From contig JAGYOH010000015.1 in the NCBI GenBank assembly GCA_018399635.1, positions 10,880-74,879 of the forward strand: DNA of 64,000 nucleotides. Reading direction: 5' to 3'. The translations under genes were made by a program, and so were the position numbers. The notes beneath the pieces were generated by a model. The model saw only the letters and a program-made list of their open reading frames with translations. It was not told the origin of the DNA and searched no databases. Each line of letters begins with the position of its first letter. Position 1 is the first letter of the stretch. The stretch comes from Clostridia bacterium (GTDB taxonomy: Bacteria; Bacillota; Clostridia; Peptostreptococcales; Acidaminobacteraceae). Positions 28,929-38,224 of the stretch are shown piece after piece.

Positions 28929-29592
28929 AATAGCTTGCAGTGCTTTTTGTTCCCTTGACGATGGCCACGGAAGCACTGGCTCCGATGCGGGAGGCACCGG
29001 CCTCGATCATGGCCAGGGCGGTCGCCTGATCCCGGACGCCGCCGGAGGCCTTGACCCGTACCGTCTCACCCACCGTGGTCTTCATGAGTCTGACATCCTC
29101 CACGGTCGCCCCTCCTGAACTGAAACCCGTTGAGGTTTTCACAAAGTGGGCTCCTGCCGCCTTGGCGATTTCACAGGCCTTCACCTTTTCCTCATCGGTC
29201 AGCAGACAGGTCTCGATGATGACCTTGAGGACATGGGACTCGCCGAGGACGCTTCTAACCCCTTGAATGTCCCTTTGAACCAGGTCGAAATCCCCCTCCT
29301 TGAGGGCTCCGATATTGATCACCATGTCAATCTCGTCGGCCCCCTCTTCCAGGGCGGTCCGGGTCTCAAAAACCTTGACAGCCGTTCGATTCGCCCCCAG
29401 AGGAAATCCAATCACCGCGGTCACTTTGACCCCGGTATCCTTGAGCGCTTCACTGACCAGGGGCACATGGGCGGGATTGATGCACACCGAATAGAATTCG
29501 TATTCCCTGGCTTCCCGGCAGACCTCAAGCACCTGGTCCCGGGTGGTTTCCGGTTTCAAAATCGTGTGATCGATATACTGGGATAGATTCAT
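28927..29592 (-). CDS. deoC: deoxyribose-phosphate aldolase
   Basis: 221 aa. IDHTILKPE..., [13 protein letters not shown] (Schiff-base Lys context). Confidence 0.95.
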   Translation of the reverse strand: MNLSQYIDHTILKPETTRDQVLEVCREAREYEFYSVCINPAHVPLVSEALKDTGVKVTAVIGFPLGANRTAVKVFETRTALEEGADEIDMVINIGALKEGDFDLVQRDIQGVRSVLGESHVLKVIIETCLLTDEEKVKACEIAKAAGAHFVKTSTGFSSGGATVEDVRLMKTTVGETVRVKASGGVRDQATALAMIEAGASRIGASASVAIVKGTKSTASY

Positions 29593-29601
29593 GGCTTCCT
29601 C

Positions 29602-30171
29602 CTATAGAACCTGGACAAGATCTCCGTTCTTCAGTCCCGCCGCATTGGCTTCATCCAGATCGATATGGAAATCCAAGGCATAGTTTTCATTGACTCTCAC
29701 CAGGACATTGCTGAAAATCAAGCCTCTTTCACCAGGCACCTTGACATCGACGCGGCTCTTGTCCTTGAGTTTGAATTTTTCCGCATCCGCGGTCTGCATA
29801 TGGATGTGTCGGGAAGCCACGATGACGCCCTTTTCAAGGATTACCTCACCGGCAGGACCCTTGAGGGTGATTCCGGGACTGCCGTCGAGATCTCCGGAAT
29901 CCCTCACCGGTGCCTTGACACCCAGGACGAAGGAGTCCGAGTTGGAAATCTCCACCTGGGTACTTTTTCTGGCGGGTCCGAGAATCCTGGCAATCAGGCT
30001 GCCCTTGGCTCCCACGAGCTCGACTCTTTCCTCGGCGGCGTACTGGTCGGGCTGGGACAAATCCTTCATCACTTTCAGTTGGTAGCCTTTACCAAAAAGA
30101 ACCTCGATGTGTTCTTGACTTAAATGGACATGACGGTTGGAAAGTCCAACGGGTACTAATCTGTTTTCCAT
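29602..30171 (-). CDS. pduL: phosphate propanoyltransferase / phosphotransacylase PduL
   Basis: 189 aa. Duplicated PduL motif (VGLSNRHVHLSQEHIEVLFG ... VIVASRHIHM). Confidence 0.9.
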   Translation of the reverse strand: MENRLVPVGLSNRHVHLSQEHIEVLFGKGYQLKVMKDLSQPDQYAAEERVELVGAKGSLIARILGPARKSTQVEISNSDSFVLGVKAPVRDSGDLDGSPGITLKGPAGEVILEKGVIVASRHIHMQTADAEKFKLKDKSRVDVKVPGERGLIFSNVLVRVNENYALDFHIDLDEANAAGLKNGDLVQVL

Positions 30172-30239
30172 CTTAAAAAAACCTCCTAAAATTGTATACA
30201 GTCACTTCATTATACCCATGATTTTTCCGTTATGCAATA

Positions 30240-30779
30240 TTATGTATACAACTTTTTCTGGGAAGTCATCCTTTCCTCAAGTCTGCCCTCGTCCACATCA
30301 TCGAGGAGGATGACGCGATAATCCCTGATGCCCTGGGACTTGAACATGAGGTCCGCAGGAAAGCGAAGCCCGTCGAACTCATGATGCCTTTCCACGGAGC
30401 CCGCCGTCGCCAGCAGGATGCCGCTTTTGCCGGCCTCCACCTTGGGTTCGAGCTTGAGGATGAACCGCCGGGCATAGTCTCGTTGAAAGCGGTCCATCAT
30501 CAGCTTCATGTAACTGCTGACGGTATTGAAATACACCGGGGTGGTGAAAATGATCTGGTCCGCCCATCGGGTCTCTTCATAGATCCGGACCATATCGTCC
30601 TGGAAAATGCATTCCCCCTTCTCAAAACAGGCCAGACATCCCGTACAGGGATGGATGTCGAGGTCGACCAGGGAGAAACTGCGCACCTCGTCCCCGCTTC
30701 CGGGATTGAAAATCTTTTGAAAAAATTTCATGGTGTTGCCCTTTTTTCGAGGACTGCCGTGAATCACCAGGATCTTCAT
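30240..30779 (-). CDS. iron-sulfur flavoprotein (Isf-like, NADPH-dependent FMN reductase fold)
   Basis: MKILVIHGSPRKKGNT... plus the compact Cys motif CTGCLACFEKGEC (CX2CX2CX5C). Confidence 0.8.
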   Translation of the reverse strand: MKILVIHGSPRKKGNTMKFFQKIFNPGSGDEVRSFSLVDLDIHPCTGCLACFEKGECIFQDDMVRIYEETRWADQIIFTTPVYFNTVSSYMKLMMDRFQRDYARRFILKLEPKVEAGKSGILLATAGSVERHHEFDGLRFPADLMFKSQGIRDYRVILLDDVDEGRLEERMTSQKKLYT

Positions 30780-31316
30780 TCAACTGTACACTTCCCTTTT
30801 CAGAGCGGCGACATAGGGCAGATTCCTGTACTTCTCAGCGTAGTCGATGCCGTAACCCACGATGAATTCATCCGGGATGACAAAGCCGACATAGTCGATA
30901 TCGATCTCGGCTTTCCTTCTTTCCGGCTTGTCCAGCAGGGTGCAGATTTTTACCGATGCGGCCTTCCTGTCCTTGAAGTTCTTCAGCAGATAGTTCAGGG
31001 TCAGGCCGGTATCCACGATATCCTCCACAAGGATCACATCCTTGCCGTCAATGGCCATGTCGAGGTCCTTGAGGATGCGGACCACCCCGCTGCTCTCGGC
31101 CGAATCGCCATAGCTCGATACGGCGATGAAATCGATTTCCAGGGGAATCCGGATTTCTCTCATCAAATCGCTCAAAAAGACGCTCGCCCCCTTCAGGACG
31201 CCGATGAGCACCAGGTCCCTGCCCTCGTAGTCCTTGTCGATTCTTGCCGCCAGTTCCTTCACCTTTTGATGCAGGGCCTCCCGGGTCACCAGAATTTCCT
31301 TGATATCTCGTTCCAT
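30780..31316 (-). CDS. hpt: hypoxanthine phosphoribosyltransferase
   Basis: 178 aa. PRPP-binding loop VILVEDIVDTGLTL; typical Hpt N-terminus. Confidence 0.95.
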   Translation of the reverse strand: MERDIKEILVTREALHQKVKELAARIDKDYEGRDLVLIGVLKGASVFLSDLMREIRIPLEIDFIAVSSYGDSAESSGVVRILKDLDMAIDGKDVILVEDIVDTGLTLNYLLKNFKDRKAASVKICTLLDKPERRKAEIDIDYVGFVIPDEFIVGYGIDYAEKYRNLPYVAALKREVYS

Positions 31317-31334
31317 AGTACCTCCTTTGATGCC

Positions 31335-34300
31335 TCATGCCCTTCCTCGGGCCGGGTCCTTTTCCTCAAACAACACCGTAAAAATAACAGGAATCACGAT
31401 CAAAGTCAACAGGGTGGAAACACTCAAGCCGAAAATCAGGGCGATGGCCATGGGAACAAAGAGAGTGCTGCCGGAAACCGCCAGGGGAATCAGTCCGAAA
31501 ACCGTGGTGATGGTGGTGAGCATGATGGGCCGGAATCGTTTGGCAACGGCATTTTCAACCGCAACGTGCAAGTCGTCCCCCGCCTTGATTTCCTTGTTGA
31601 TGTAATCCAGCAGCACAATGGCGTTGTTCACCACGATTCCAAAGAGACTGACCATGCCGAAGAGGGCCATGAAGGAGATGTTGAGCCCGAAAATCCACAA
31701 CCCCCAGATTGAACCGATGCTGGCCAGGGGGATGGTGAGGAGGATCAGCAAGACTTTTTTGAAGGAATTGAATTGAAAAATCAGGATGATCAGGATCAGC
31801 ATCAGGGAATAGATGGCCAGAATTCCGATGGAACCGAAATACTGGAGGATTTTTGCCGTTTCCCCGTCGAAGTCCACCGCCACGGGATATTCCCTTTGGG
31901 TGAAGATCTCCCTCAACCGGCTCTCCACGGCCAGGGGATTGGCGTGATCCGCCAGATCGGCGCTGATGGTGATGGCCATGAGACGCTCGTATTGATTGAT
32001 CTGGGGAATCTGACTCTTGATGGTGATGTCCACGAGATTTCTCAGGGGCACCTTGACCCCGCTCGGACTGAAGAGGGCGATGGCCTCAAGGGATTCCACC
32101 GAATCGATTCGACCCTTCAAGACCAGGGATCTTAGGACACCGTCCACCTCGACATCATCGAAGGTCATGCTGCCCACGGCCAGGGCGATTTCCCGCCGAA
32201 TCTGCCCCTCCGTGATGCCGTAGACCTCCATTTTTTCCCAGGAGGGGGCGATATCATAGACCAGGGACTCCCGGGCGGCGTCATCACTGACGTTTTTCAC
32301 CCCCGGGACGGTTTTGAGATCTTCCTTGATGAGCTCGGCATAATGATGGAGCTCCTCCGGGTCATGGGAGGTGACGATGAGTCGGATGGGATTGCCGATG
32401 GGCTCTCCCTGCTCCAGGCGGTTGACGGTGATTTCAGAACCCGGCACGGCGGCGTCCAGTCGTTCCTTGAGTTGTTCAAGATAGTCTCCCAGGGAATCCT
32501 CCTGGGCCTCGATCCTCTCGAGGTCGAGATCCACATAGAACTGGGCCACATCCACCGAGTCCGTGATGGGAATCAGGGTGTTGTAGAACTTGGGCAAGCC
32601 CCTTCCCACGGTGGCCAGGACTTGATCCACCCCCTCCTCCCCATTGATGACATCGAGCAGGATCCTGCCCTCCTCGAGGGTCTTCTCAAAATCTCCGTGA
32701 TTGTTGGTCCTGAGATTGACGTAGACGATATCGCTGTCGGCATAGGGAAAGAACTGGAGTCCCAGACTCATCCCCATCCACACCGTCAGGGCCAGGGTGA
32801 TGAAGATGACAAGGGCCAGGCTTTTTCGGCGATGGAGAAAAAATTTCAGCAGGTTGAGGGAGAGATTCTTGAAACGGTCATGGGCGACCCGGGCTCTGGT
32901 GGGCACGAGGAAGCCGCGGCTCAGAACCGGTGTGAAGACGACTGAAACCCCGTAGGAGGTCAGCAGGGTGATCATGATGATCAGAGGCAGTGAATGGATG
33001 TATTCTCCCGCCACGCCGCTTAGAACCAGCAGGGGAAGGAAGGCAAACACCGTGGTCAAAGTCGAAGTGAGCACCGGCATGGAAACGTCCCCCACCCCCT
33101 CTGAAACCGCCACGGCCTTCGATTGTCCTTCATCAATCCTCACCTGGACCGAGTCGATGATGACGATGGCATTGTCCACCAGCATTCCCAGTGAGATGAT
33201 CAAGGCGGCTATGGAAATCTGATGAATCTTCATGCCCATGAAATTCATGAGGGTGAAGGAGATCATCAGGGTCATGGGGATCGCCGCGGAAACCACCGCC
33301 GCATTCCTGAGCCCCATGCCGAAAAACACCGTCAGCATCACCAGCACAATGCCGACGATGAAGCTTGTTGAAAAATCCCAAAGGGAATCCTTGATGATGT
33401 CCGCTGAAAAATGAGGCGTGATCAAGGTGTATTCCGGTGGCAGAGCCAGACCGGACAGGGCTTCCTCCATGGTCTCGGAAGCCGCCAGCACATTGATTTC
33501 CTCGTTGAAATAGACGGAAAACAGGACCCCCGTCCCTTCTGAATGGATGACCTGGGGACCATAGGGCTCGGGATCGATGAGAACCTCGGCGATTTCCTTG
33601 AGTTGAACCGTTGAAAGACTGGCCGGATTGTTGAAAATCACGATGTTTTCGATTTTTTCTCTGGAAACCGCCTGATCCATGCTCAGATCGATGTAACTGT
33701 CCTCCACCTGGATGTTCCTGATGGGGGTGGATCTCAAATTGCCCTCGATGATTGCGTAAATCCTTTCCAGAGACAGTCCCATGGCATTGGCCTTCATCAG
33801 GTCCACCTCGATGAGCAGGCGATGGGGCTCGTCTCCGAGGACATCGACCCGGGTCGTTCCCTCGACTGAGGTGAGAATGTACTCCAGGCGGTCCACGAGA
33901 ACCGGATCCACCGGGGCGTCAAAATGATTGATCAGCAGATAATAAGCGTCCGCCGTGTCCACCAGATCGGTTTTGACAAGGACCTCCCTGACTCCTGAAG
34001 GCAGCTCTGATCTGATCTTGTCCACCAGCTCTGAAAGACTGGCGTAGGCCTTGTCGACATCCGCGTCCACGTCAAGACGCAGGACCACGTTGGACACGGA
34101 ATCCCTCGACGTGGAACTTGAGTAATCATAGTCCTCCACCTTGATGATCTGGTTCTCGATGACATCCGTGACTTCACGTTTCACCATCTGGGCCGTAGCC
34201 CCGGGATAAATGGTGGTGATCACCGCCGCCGGGGCTTCGATTTCAGGGAATTCCTGCTTGGGCATTTCATAAAAGGAATACAGTCCCGTCAAAAGAAAGA

Positions 34301-34358
34301 TTCCGGCGATGAAATAGATGATCTTCGAGGCTCCGAGAATCTTCTCGTAAATCTTCAT
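31335..34358 (-). CDS. RND efflux transporter permease (AcrB/AcrD/AcrF family)
   Basis: 1007 aa, 12-TM two-lobed architecture, typical N-terminus ...FPEIEAPAAVITTIYPGA. 4-nt overlap with the adaptor gene. Confidence 0.93.
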   Translation of the reverse strand: MKIYEKILGASKIIYFIAGIFLLTGLYSFYEMPKQEFPEIEAPAAVITTIYPGATAQMVKREVTDVIENQIIKVEDYDYSSSTSRDSVSNVVLRLDVDADVDKAYASLSELVDKIRSELPSGVREVLVKTDLVDTADAYYLLINHFDAPVDPVLVDRLEYILTSVEGTTRVDVLGDEPHRLLIEVDLMKANAMGLSLERIYAIIEGNLRSTPIRNIQVEDSYIDLSMDQAVSREKIENIVIFNNPASLSTVQLKEIAEVLIDPEPYGPQVIHSEGTGVLFSVYFNEEINVLAASETMEEALSGLALPPEYTLITPHFSADIIKDSLWDFSTSFIVGIVLVMLTVFFGMGLRNAAVVSAAIPMTLMISFTLMNFMGMKIHQISIAALIISLGMLVDNAIVIIDSVQVRIDEGQSKAVAVSEGVGDVSMPVLTSTLTTVFAFLPLLVLSGVAGEYIHSLPLIIMITLLTSYGVSVVFTPVLSRGFLVPTRARVAHDRFKNLSLNLLKFFLHRRKSLALVIFITLALTVWMGMSLGLQFFPYADSDIVYVNLRTNNHGDFEKTLEEGRILLDVINGEEGVDQVLATVGRGLPKFYNTLIPITDSVDVAQFYVDLDLERIEAQEDSLGDYLEQLKERLDAAVPGSEITVNRLEQGEPIGNPIRLIVTSHDPEELHHYAELIKEDLKTVPGVKNVSDDAARESLVYDIAPSWEKMEVYGITEGQIRREIALAVGSMTFDDVEVDGVLRSLVLKGRIDSVESLEAIALFSPSGVKVPLRNLVDITIKSQIPQINQYERLMAITISADLADHANPLAVESRLREIFTQREYPVAVDFDGETAKILQYFGSIGILAIYSLMLILIILIFQFNSFKKVLLILLTIPLASIGSIWGLWIFGLNISFMALFGMVSLFGIVVNNAIVLLDYINKEIKAGDDLHVAVENAVAKRFRPIMLTTITTVFGLIPLAVSGSTLFVPMAIALIFGLSVSTLLTLIVIPVIFTVLFEEKDPARGRA

Positions 34359-35452
34359 GGGGCCACATCCCGCTCTTCGTAGACCACGATTTCCTGATCC
34401 TTGACGAGATGGTTGCCCTCGAGCACGACCCGTTCACCGGCTTCGATCCCCGACACCACCACCCGGTCGTCCACAAGGTAGAGCACCTCGACGGCTCTTG
34501 AATGGGCCCTGTCCTCCTCGTCCACCGTCAGGACATAAAACCCCTCCCCCTCACCGAGGATGGCGTAAATCGGCAGTACCACCCCGGTATGGGCCTCATG
34601 GATTTTTTCCACCCTGACCACCTGTCCCATGGGAATCCGGGCCTCCACCAGGATTGTCAACTCGTATTCCAGGGTCACGGGGTCCGGCGATTTCCCGATT
34701 TCCATGACCCGTCCCCCGATGACCGTTTCTCCGTAACGGATCTTGACCAGGTCATCGATTTCAAACTCATAAAGCTCTTCACTGCTGACATGGATCATGA
34801 CATGGGTCCCCGCCTGGGCGAAGGCCACCACGGGAGTGCCTGCCGGCACCACCTCGCCGGGTTCGAAAAACCGTCTGGCAAGCATCCCGTCCCTCGGGGC
34901 GATGAGCTCGAAATTTCCCTCGGCCCCGGCGATTTCTTCGTAATAGGTTCTGGCCTTGTTCATCTGACTGAGGGCGCTGGCATAGGCCTCCACGGCATTT
35001 TCATACGTCAGCCTCACCTCGTCAAGGGCGCTCTTTGAAACGCTTCCCGTTTCATAGAGTGCGCTGAAGTCTTCATACCGGTTCAAGAGAAAATCCCTTT
35101 GATCCAGGGCCTGGTTCACCTGGTTCAAGGCCGAATCGTAGTCTCTTCGTGCCCCCTCCACCTGGCTTTCATAACCCAGGGGATCAAGGCGCACCAGGAG
35201 TTCCCCCGCTTCAACAAACTCATTCTCATCAAAGAAGAAGGTCTCGATCTCTCCCGAAAGACGAAAGGAAAGCAGGGTCTCCCGGGCATATCCCACGACG
35301 CCGGCATAACTTTTTTTGATTTCCAGAGTTTCAATCTGCGCGTTGACTGTCCCTACCCGCGTTTTCAGATCCGTGGTCTCGAGGGACTCCTGCTGACAAC
35401 CCAGGAGCAATCCTCCAAGAATCAATACCGCAATCCAACCTTTGACTTTCAA
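34355..35452 (-). CDS. RND efflux periplasmic adaptor subunit (HlyD/MFP family), lipoprotein
   Basis: Lipoyl, hairpin and beta-barrel pattern. A TTG start at 35452 is 8 nt after GGAGG and gives MKVKGWIAVLILGGLLLGC (lipobox). The track start at 35512 lacks an SD. Confidence 0.85.
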   Translation of the reverse strand: MKVKGWIAVLILGGLLLGCQQESLETTDLKTRVGTVNAQIETLEIKKSYAGVVGYARETLLSFRLSGEIETFFFDENEFVEAGELLVRLDPLGYESQVEGARRDYDSALNQVNQALDQRDFLLNRYEDFSALYETGSVSKSALDEVRLTYENAVEAYASALSQMNKARTYYEEIAGAEGNFELIAPRDGMLARRFFEPGEVVPAGTPVVAFAQAGTHVMIHVSSEELYEFEIDDLVKIRYGETVIGGRVMEIGKSPDPVTLEYELTILVEARIPMGQVVRVEKIHEAHTGVVLPIYAILGEGEGFYVLTVDEEDRAHSRAVEVLYLVDDRVVVSGIEAGERVVLEGNHLVKDQEIVVYEERDVAP

Positions 35453-35468
35453 TTTCCCTACCTCCAAG

Positions 35469-35711
35469 CTAAGTGACCGGAATTTCCAAAACAATCGGGT
35501 TTTTGAGTTCATCTTCCATAAGAATCTCTTCCTTGACCAGCCCGATAATCCTGTAACCAGTAATATTATACCTCAATACCACTTGATTATAAACGAAATG
35601 CCGTTGGTAGGGAATAGTCGGCTTGAGGACTTTCCTCAGGGAAAGGCGGTTCACGGGAATCAGGACCGAAAGATACCTCCGGTCCTGATAATACAGGACT
35701 GCGACCTTCAC
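35469..35711 (-). CDS. hypothetical soluble protein, 80 aa
   Basis: GTGA start/stop overlap with the pilin gene; it ends 16 nt before the adaptor start. No TM, no recognisable family. Coding status rests on position only. Confidence 0.4.
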   Translation of the reverse strand: MKVAVLYYQDRRYLSVLIPVNRLSLRKVLKPTIPYQRHFVYNQVVLRYNITGYRIIGLVKEEILMEDELKNPIVLEIPVT

Positions 35712-35890
35712 TTGTCCAGGTCCTGGATGTTGATCTCTACGGTCTTGATGTCATCGATCAGTCCCAGGGTGTATTCCAGGACAAAGGTCTTGAAAATCAG
35801 GGCAAGACCCACCAGGATGGCAATCAGAATGACCAGTTCGATGGTCCCGAACCCCTGGTTGCTTCTGCTTTCTTTCAGGTTGGACCCCAC
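35708..35890 (-). CDS. Flp/type IVb pilin-like protein, 60 aa
   Basis: A GTG at 35890, 9 nt after GGAAAGGAG, gives MGSNLKESRSNQG|FGTIELVILIAILVGLALIF...: a short polar leader ending in Gly, Glu at +5, and a hydrophobic helix. Confidence 0.6.
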   Translation of the reverse strand: MGSNLKESRSNQGFGTIELVILIAILVGLALIFKTFVLEYTLGLIDDIKTVEINIQDLDK

Positions 35891-35979
35891 AAGACGACAC
35901 TCCTTTCCTATCAATTTTTTTGCGGCGGTTTCCTTGGCCAGGCTTTCCTTGTCCCTTAGAAGGCGTTCCGGGACCCTCC

Positions 35980-36660
35980 CTAGAGCAGCTGCTCCAGATG
36001 GGGCAGCAGAATCAGAACAATCAGGTTGACCAGATAAAGGGCCATGGGGATCATGAGGCCCTCGGAGAGCTTCTCGGTAGCCATCCTTTTGGATTCAAAG
36101 AAAGCCTTGATGGCTTCCTCGTGGATGAAGGCCATTTCATCGAGAATCTGCTCTGAATCATAGAAGCGGGTTTTTTTCAGGGTCAGGATCAGCTGGTTCA
36201 AATGGGTCTGGCTCACCTCCTGGGCAAAGGCCTCCAGCCCTTCAAAGTCACCCCGGCCGTTTCTGATGAGATGCCACAGGACAAGATCGGACCCCGGCTT
36301 CTTGAAAACCCCTTCCAGGACACCCCCCTCCAGCAGGTGGTGGTAAAAGGACCCCATCAGGTCAATGACGGCTTCGAGGCTTTTCATGCGGCTCCTGGCC
36401 AGTGACTCCTTGACATAGGAGGCGTAGATTCCCGACAAGAGCCCCAGGGCCGCCAGCAGGGTCAGGGGTTTGCCTGAGAAAAGATAAAAGAGGGTCCCCA
36501 GGGCGAAGAAGCCGTCGAGGGTGTTTCTGGCCTGGACAAAGAGTTCCTCTCTGAAAAGAGGTTCCGACTTGAAGAATTCATCCGCCAGAATCAGCACCAG
36601 GGGCTTGATTCCCCAGGTGTACAGCAGAAACAGGGCCGGGAGCCACAGCAGTCGGATCAT
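35980..36660 (-). CDS. TadC-like (T2SS-F-domain) pilus assembly membrane protein
   Basis: ATGA overlap with the upstream ORF. MIRLLWLPALFLLYTW... has TM helices at both ends and a cytoplasmic helical middle. The 62-aa N-terminal extension in the track is implausible. Confidence 0.68.
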   Translation of the reverse strand: MIRLLWLPALFLLYTWGIKPLVLILADEFFKSEPLFREELFVQARNTLDGFFALGTLFYLFSGKPLTLLAALGLLSGIYASYVKESLARSRMKSLEAVIDLMGSFYHHLLEGGVLEGVFKKPGSDLVLWHLIRNGRGDFEGLEAFAQEVSQTHLNQLILTLKKTRFYDSEQILDEMAFIHEEAIKAFFESKRMATEKLSEGLMIPMALYLVNLIVLILLPHLEQLL

Positions 36661-37235
36661 TGCTGATAGATGATGTAAAGACTCATCCCCTGGGCCAGAA
36701 AAATCATGAACAGGGAAAGCCCTTTGACCAGAGGGTCCAGGGCATGGACCTCGGTGATCGTTCCCAGGATGATCAGGGGCAGATAACGCATCAACTCCAC
36801 CTCCCACATATTTTTGCGATGAATGCCCCAGATTTCCTCCCGCCACCTGATCCGCCTCAGAATCATGGCAAGCTCCCGCTGAAGACTCTCATGATTGTAC
36901 TCTCTGGTCCCCTGGATCACTTCATAGACGTGGCTTCTCTGGTCCAGGACCCGGTCCAGACTTTCCTTGAATTGCTGGTGGTTTGAAGGAATCTCCTCCA
37001 GGGCCTTTTCATAGGCCCTCACGGGGGAATACCCCACCCTCAGATACTGGGAGAAGGAGATGAGTCCCTTTTTCACCCCCTCCTTGAGATGCCAGACGGG
37101 CTTGAGCCTCCACTCGATGACAAACAGGGCCATGAGAAGCACGAGAATCTCCAGTTGGATCCAGGGCCGCCAACCGTAGACCCAGGACAGCAGCAGGTAG
37201 TAGAAGCCGTAATTGATGCCCACCTGCCACCTCAT
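36657..37235 (-). CDS. TadB-like pilus assembly membrane protein
   Basis: 192 aa with the same TM-helical-TM layout. 4-nt overlap with the ATPase gene. Assigned by position and topology rather than by strong motifs. Confidence 0.62.
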   Translation of the reverse strand: MRWQVGINYGFYYLLLSWVYGWRPWIQLEILVLLMALFVIEWRLKPVWHLKEGVKKGLISFSQYLRVGYSPVRAYEKALEEIPSNHQQFKESLDRVLDQRSHVYEVIQGTREYNHESLQRELAMILRRIRWREEIWGIHRKNMWEVELMRYLPLIILGTITEVHALDPLVKGLSLFMIFLAQGMSLYIIYQQ

Positions 37236-38224
37236 CCGAGGGCCTCGAGTTCCAGGGCCTCAAGATGAAGTTGCCGCCCCTTGAGGGAAACCGCGTCGAT
37301 GGCCTTCAGCCGACGAACCCCCCCCTCCCGGCTCAGATGGACAAAATAGTCGATGCTGCGAGCCAGATTCAAATCAATCGCTTCCTTGGGAATCCCCATT
37401 TCCAGGAGCAGCATGGTGAGTCTGAGGACCATGTCCCGGTTGGAATCGCTGTGGCCGGTACAGACACTCCCCTTGTGGCCGGAGTTGAGGACGTGGATAT
37501 ACTGCAGCACCTCCTCTCTTCTGATCTCCCCCAGTATCAGCCGGTCCGGCCTGAGTCTGAGAGAGGTCTTGATCAGGTCTGAAATACTCACCTCCCGGGC
37601 ATCGTACAACCCCTTTCTCGCCACGAGGTAGACCGCATTGTGGTCCGGGGGCAGTTGGATTTCCCGGGTATCCTCGATGATGATCAAACGTTCCCTGGCC
37701 GGCAGACTCATCAGCAGGGCGTTCAGCAGGGTGGTCTTGCCCGCCGAGGTTTCACCGCTGATGAAGATGTTCTTCTTGTCCTTCATGAGACTCAGCAGAA
37801 AATCACCGGCGTCCCGGCTCATCATCCCCTTGTCGATCAGAGCCTCAAGACCCAGGGGTTCTTGATTCAAGGTCCTCACTGACAGAATGGTCTGACCTGA
37901 CGCCACGGAACCGATGACGGCACTTCCCCGGTAGCGGCCCCTGAGGTTGAAGTTCACCACGGGGGTCGCTTCGTTGAGGTTGATGTTGTGCTTGGAGAAC
38001 AGCCGGTACATGAAGGCGTCATAGCTCTTGCGGGTTTCAAAAAGTTGCGGCACGGTCTCGATCCGGCCTCCTTTTTCGATGTAGATGTTCTCGTAGCCGT
38101 TGAACATCAGTTCCGTCACCCCTTCTTTTTCGAGGAGTTCGAAGATGATTTCATCCTCGGGAATCTTGACCTCCCGGCGTCCCGGCGCGTTCTGGAGCAG
38201 CTCCACGACAAAAGCCTTTTTCAT
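37232..38224 (-). CDS. CpaF/TadA-type secretion ATPase (VirB11-like, short form)
   Basis: 330 aa. Walker A GETSAGKTTLLNAL, Asp box LIIIEDTREI, Walker B/His box RPDRLILGEIR...GHKGSVCTGHS. Confidence 0.9.
   Translation of the reverse strand: MKKAFVVELLQNAPGRREVKIPEDEIIFELLEKEGVTELMFNGYENIYIEKGGRIETVPQLFETRKSYDAFMYRLFSKHNINLNEATPVVNFNLRGRYRGSAVIGSVASGQTILSVRTLNQEPLGLEALIDKGMMSRDAGDFLLSLMKDKKNIFISGETSAGKTTLLNALLMSLPARERLIIIEDTREIQLPPDHNAVYLVARKGLYDAREVSISDLIKTSLRLRPDRLILGEIRREEVLQYIHVLNSGHKGSVCTGHSDSNRDMVLRLTMLLLEMGIPKEAIDLNLARSIDYFVHLSREGGVRRLKAIDAVSLKGRQLHLEALELEALG

Noticed and set aside
30381-31712. 443-aa plus-strand ORF
   Set aside because: It is antisense to the flavoprotein, hpt and the 3' end of the RND pump, crosses gene boundaries and has no family resemblance.
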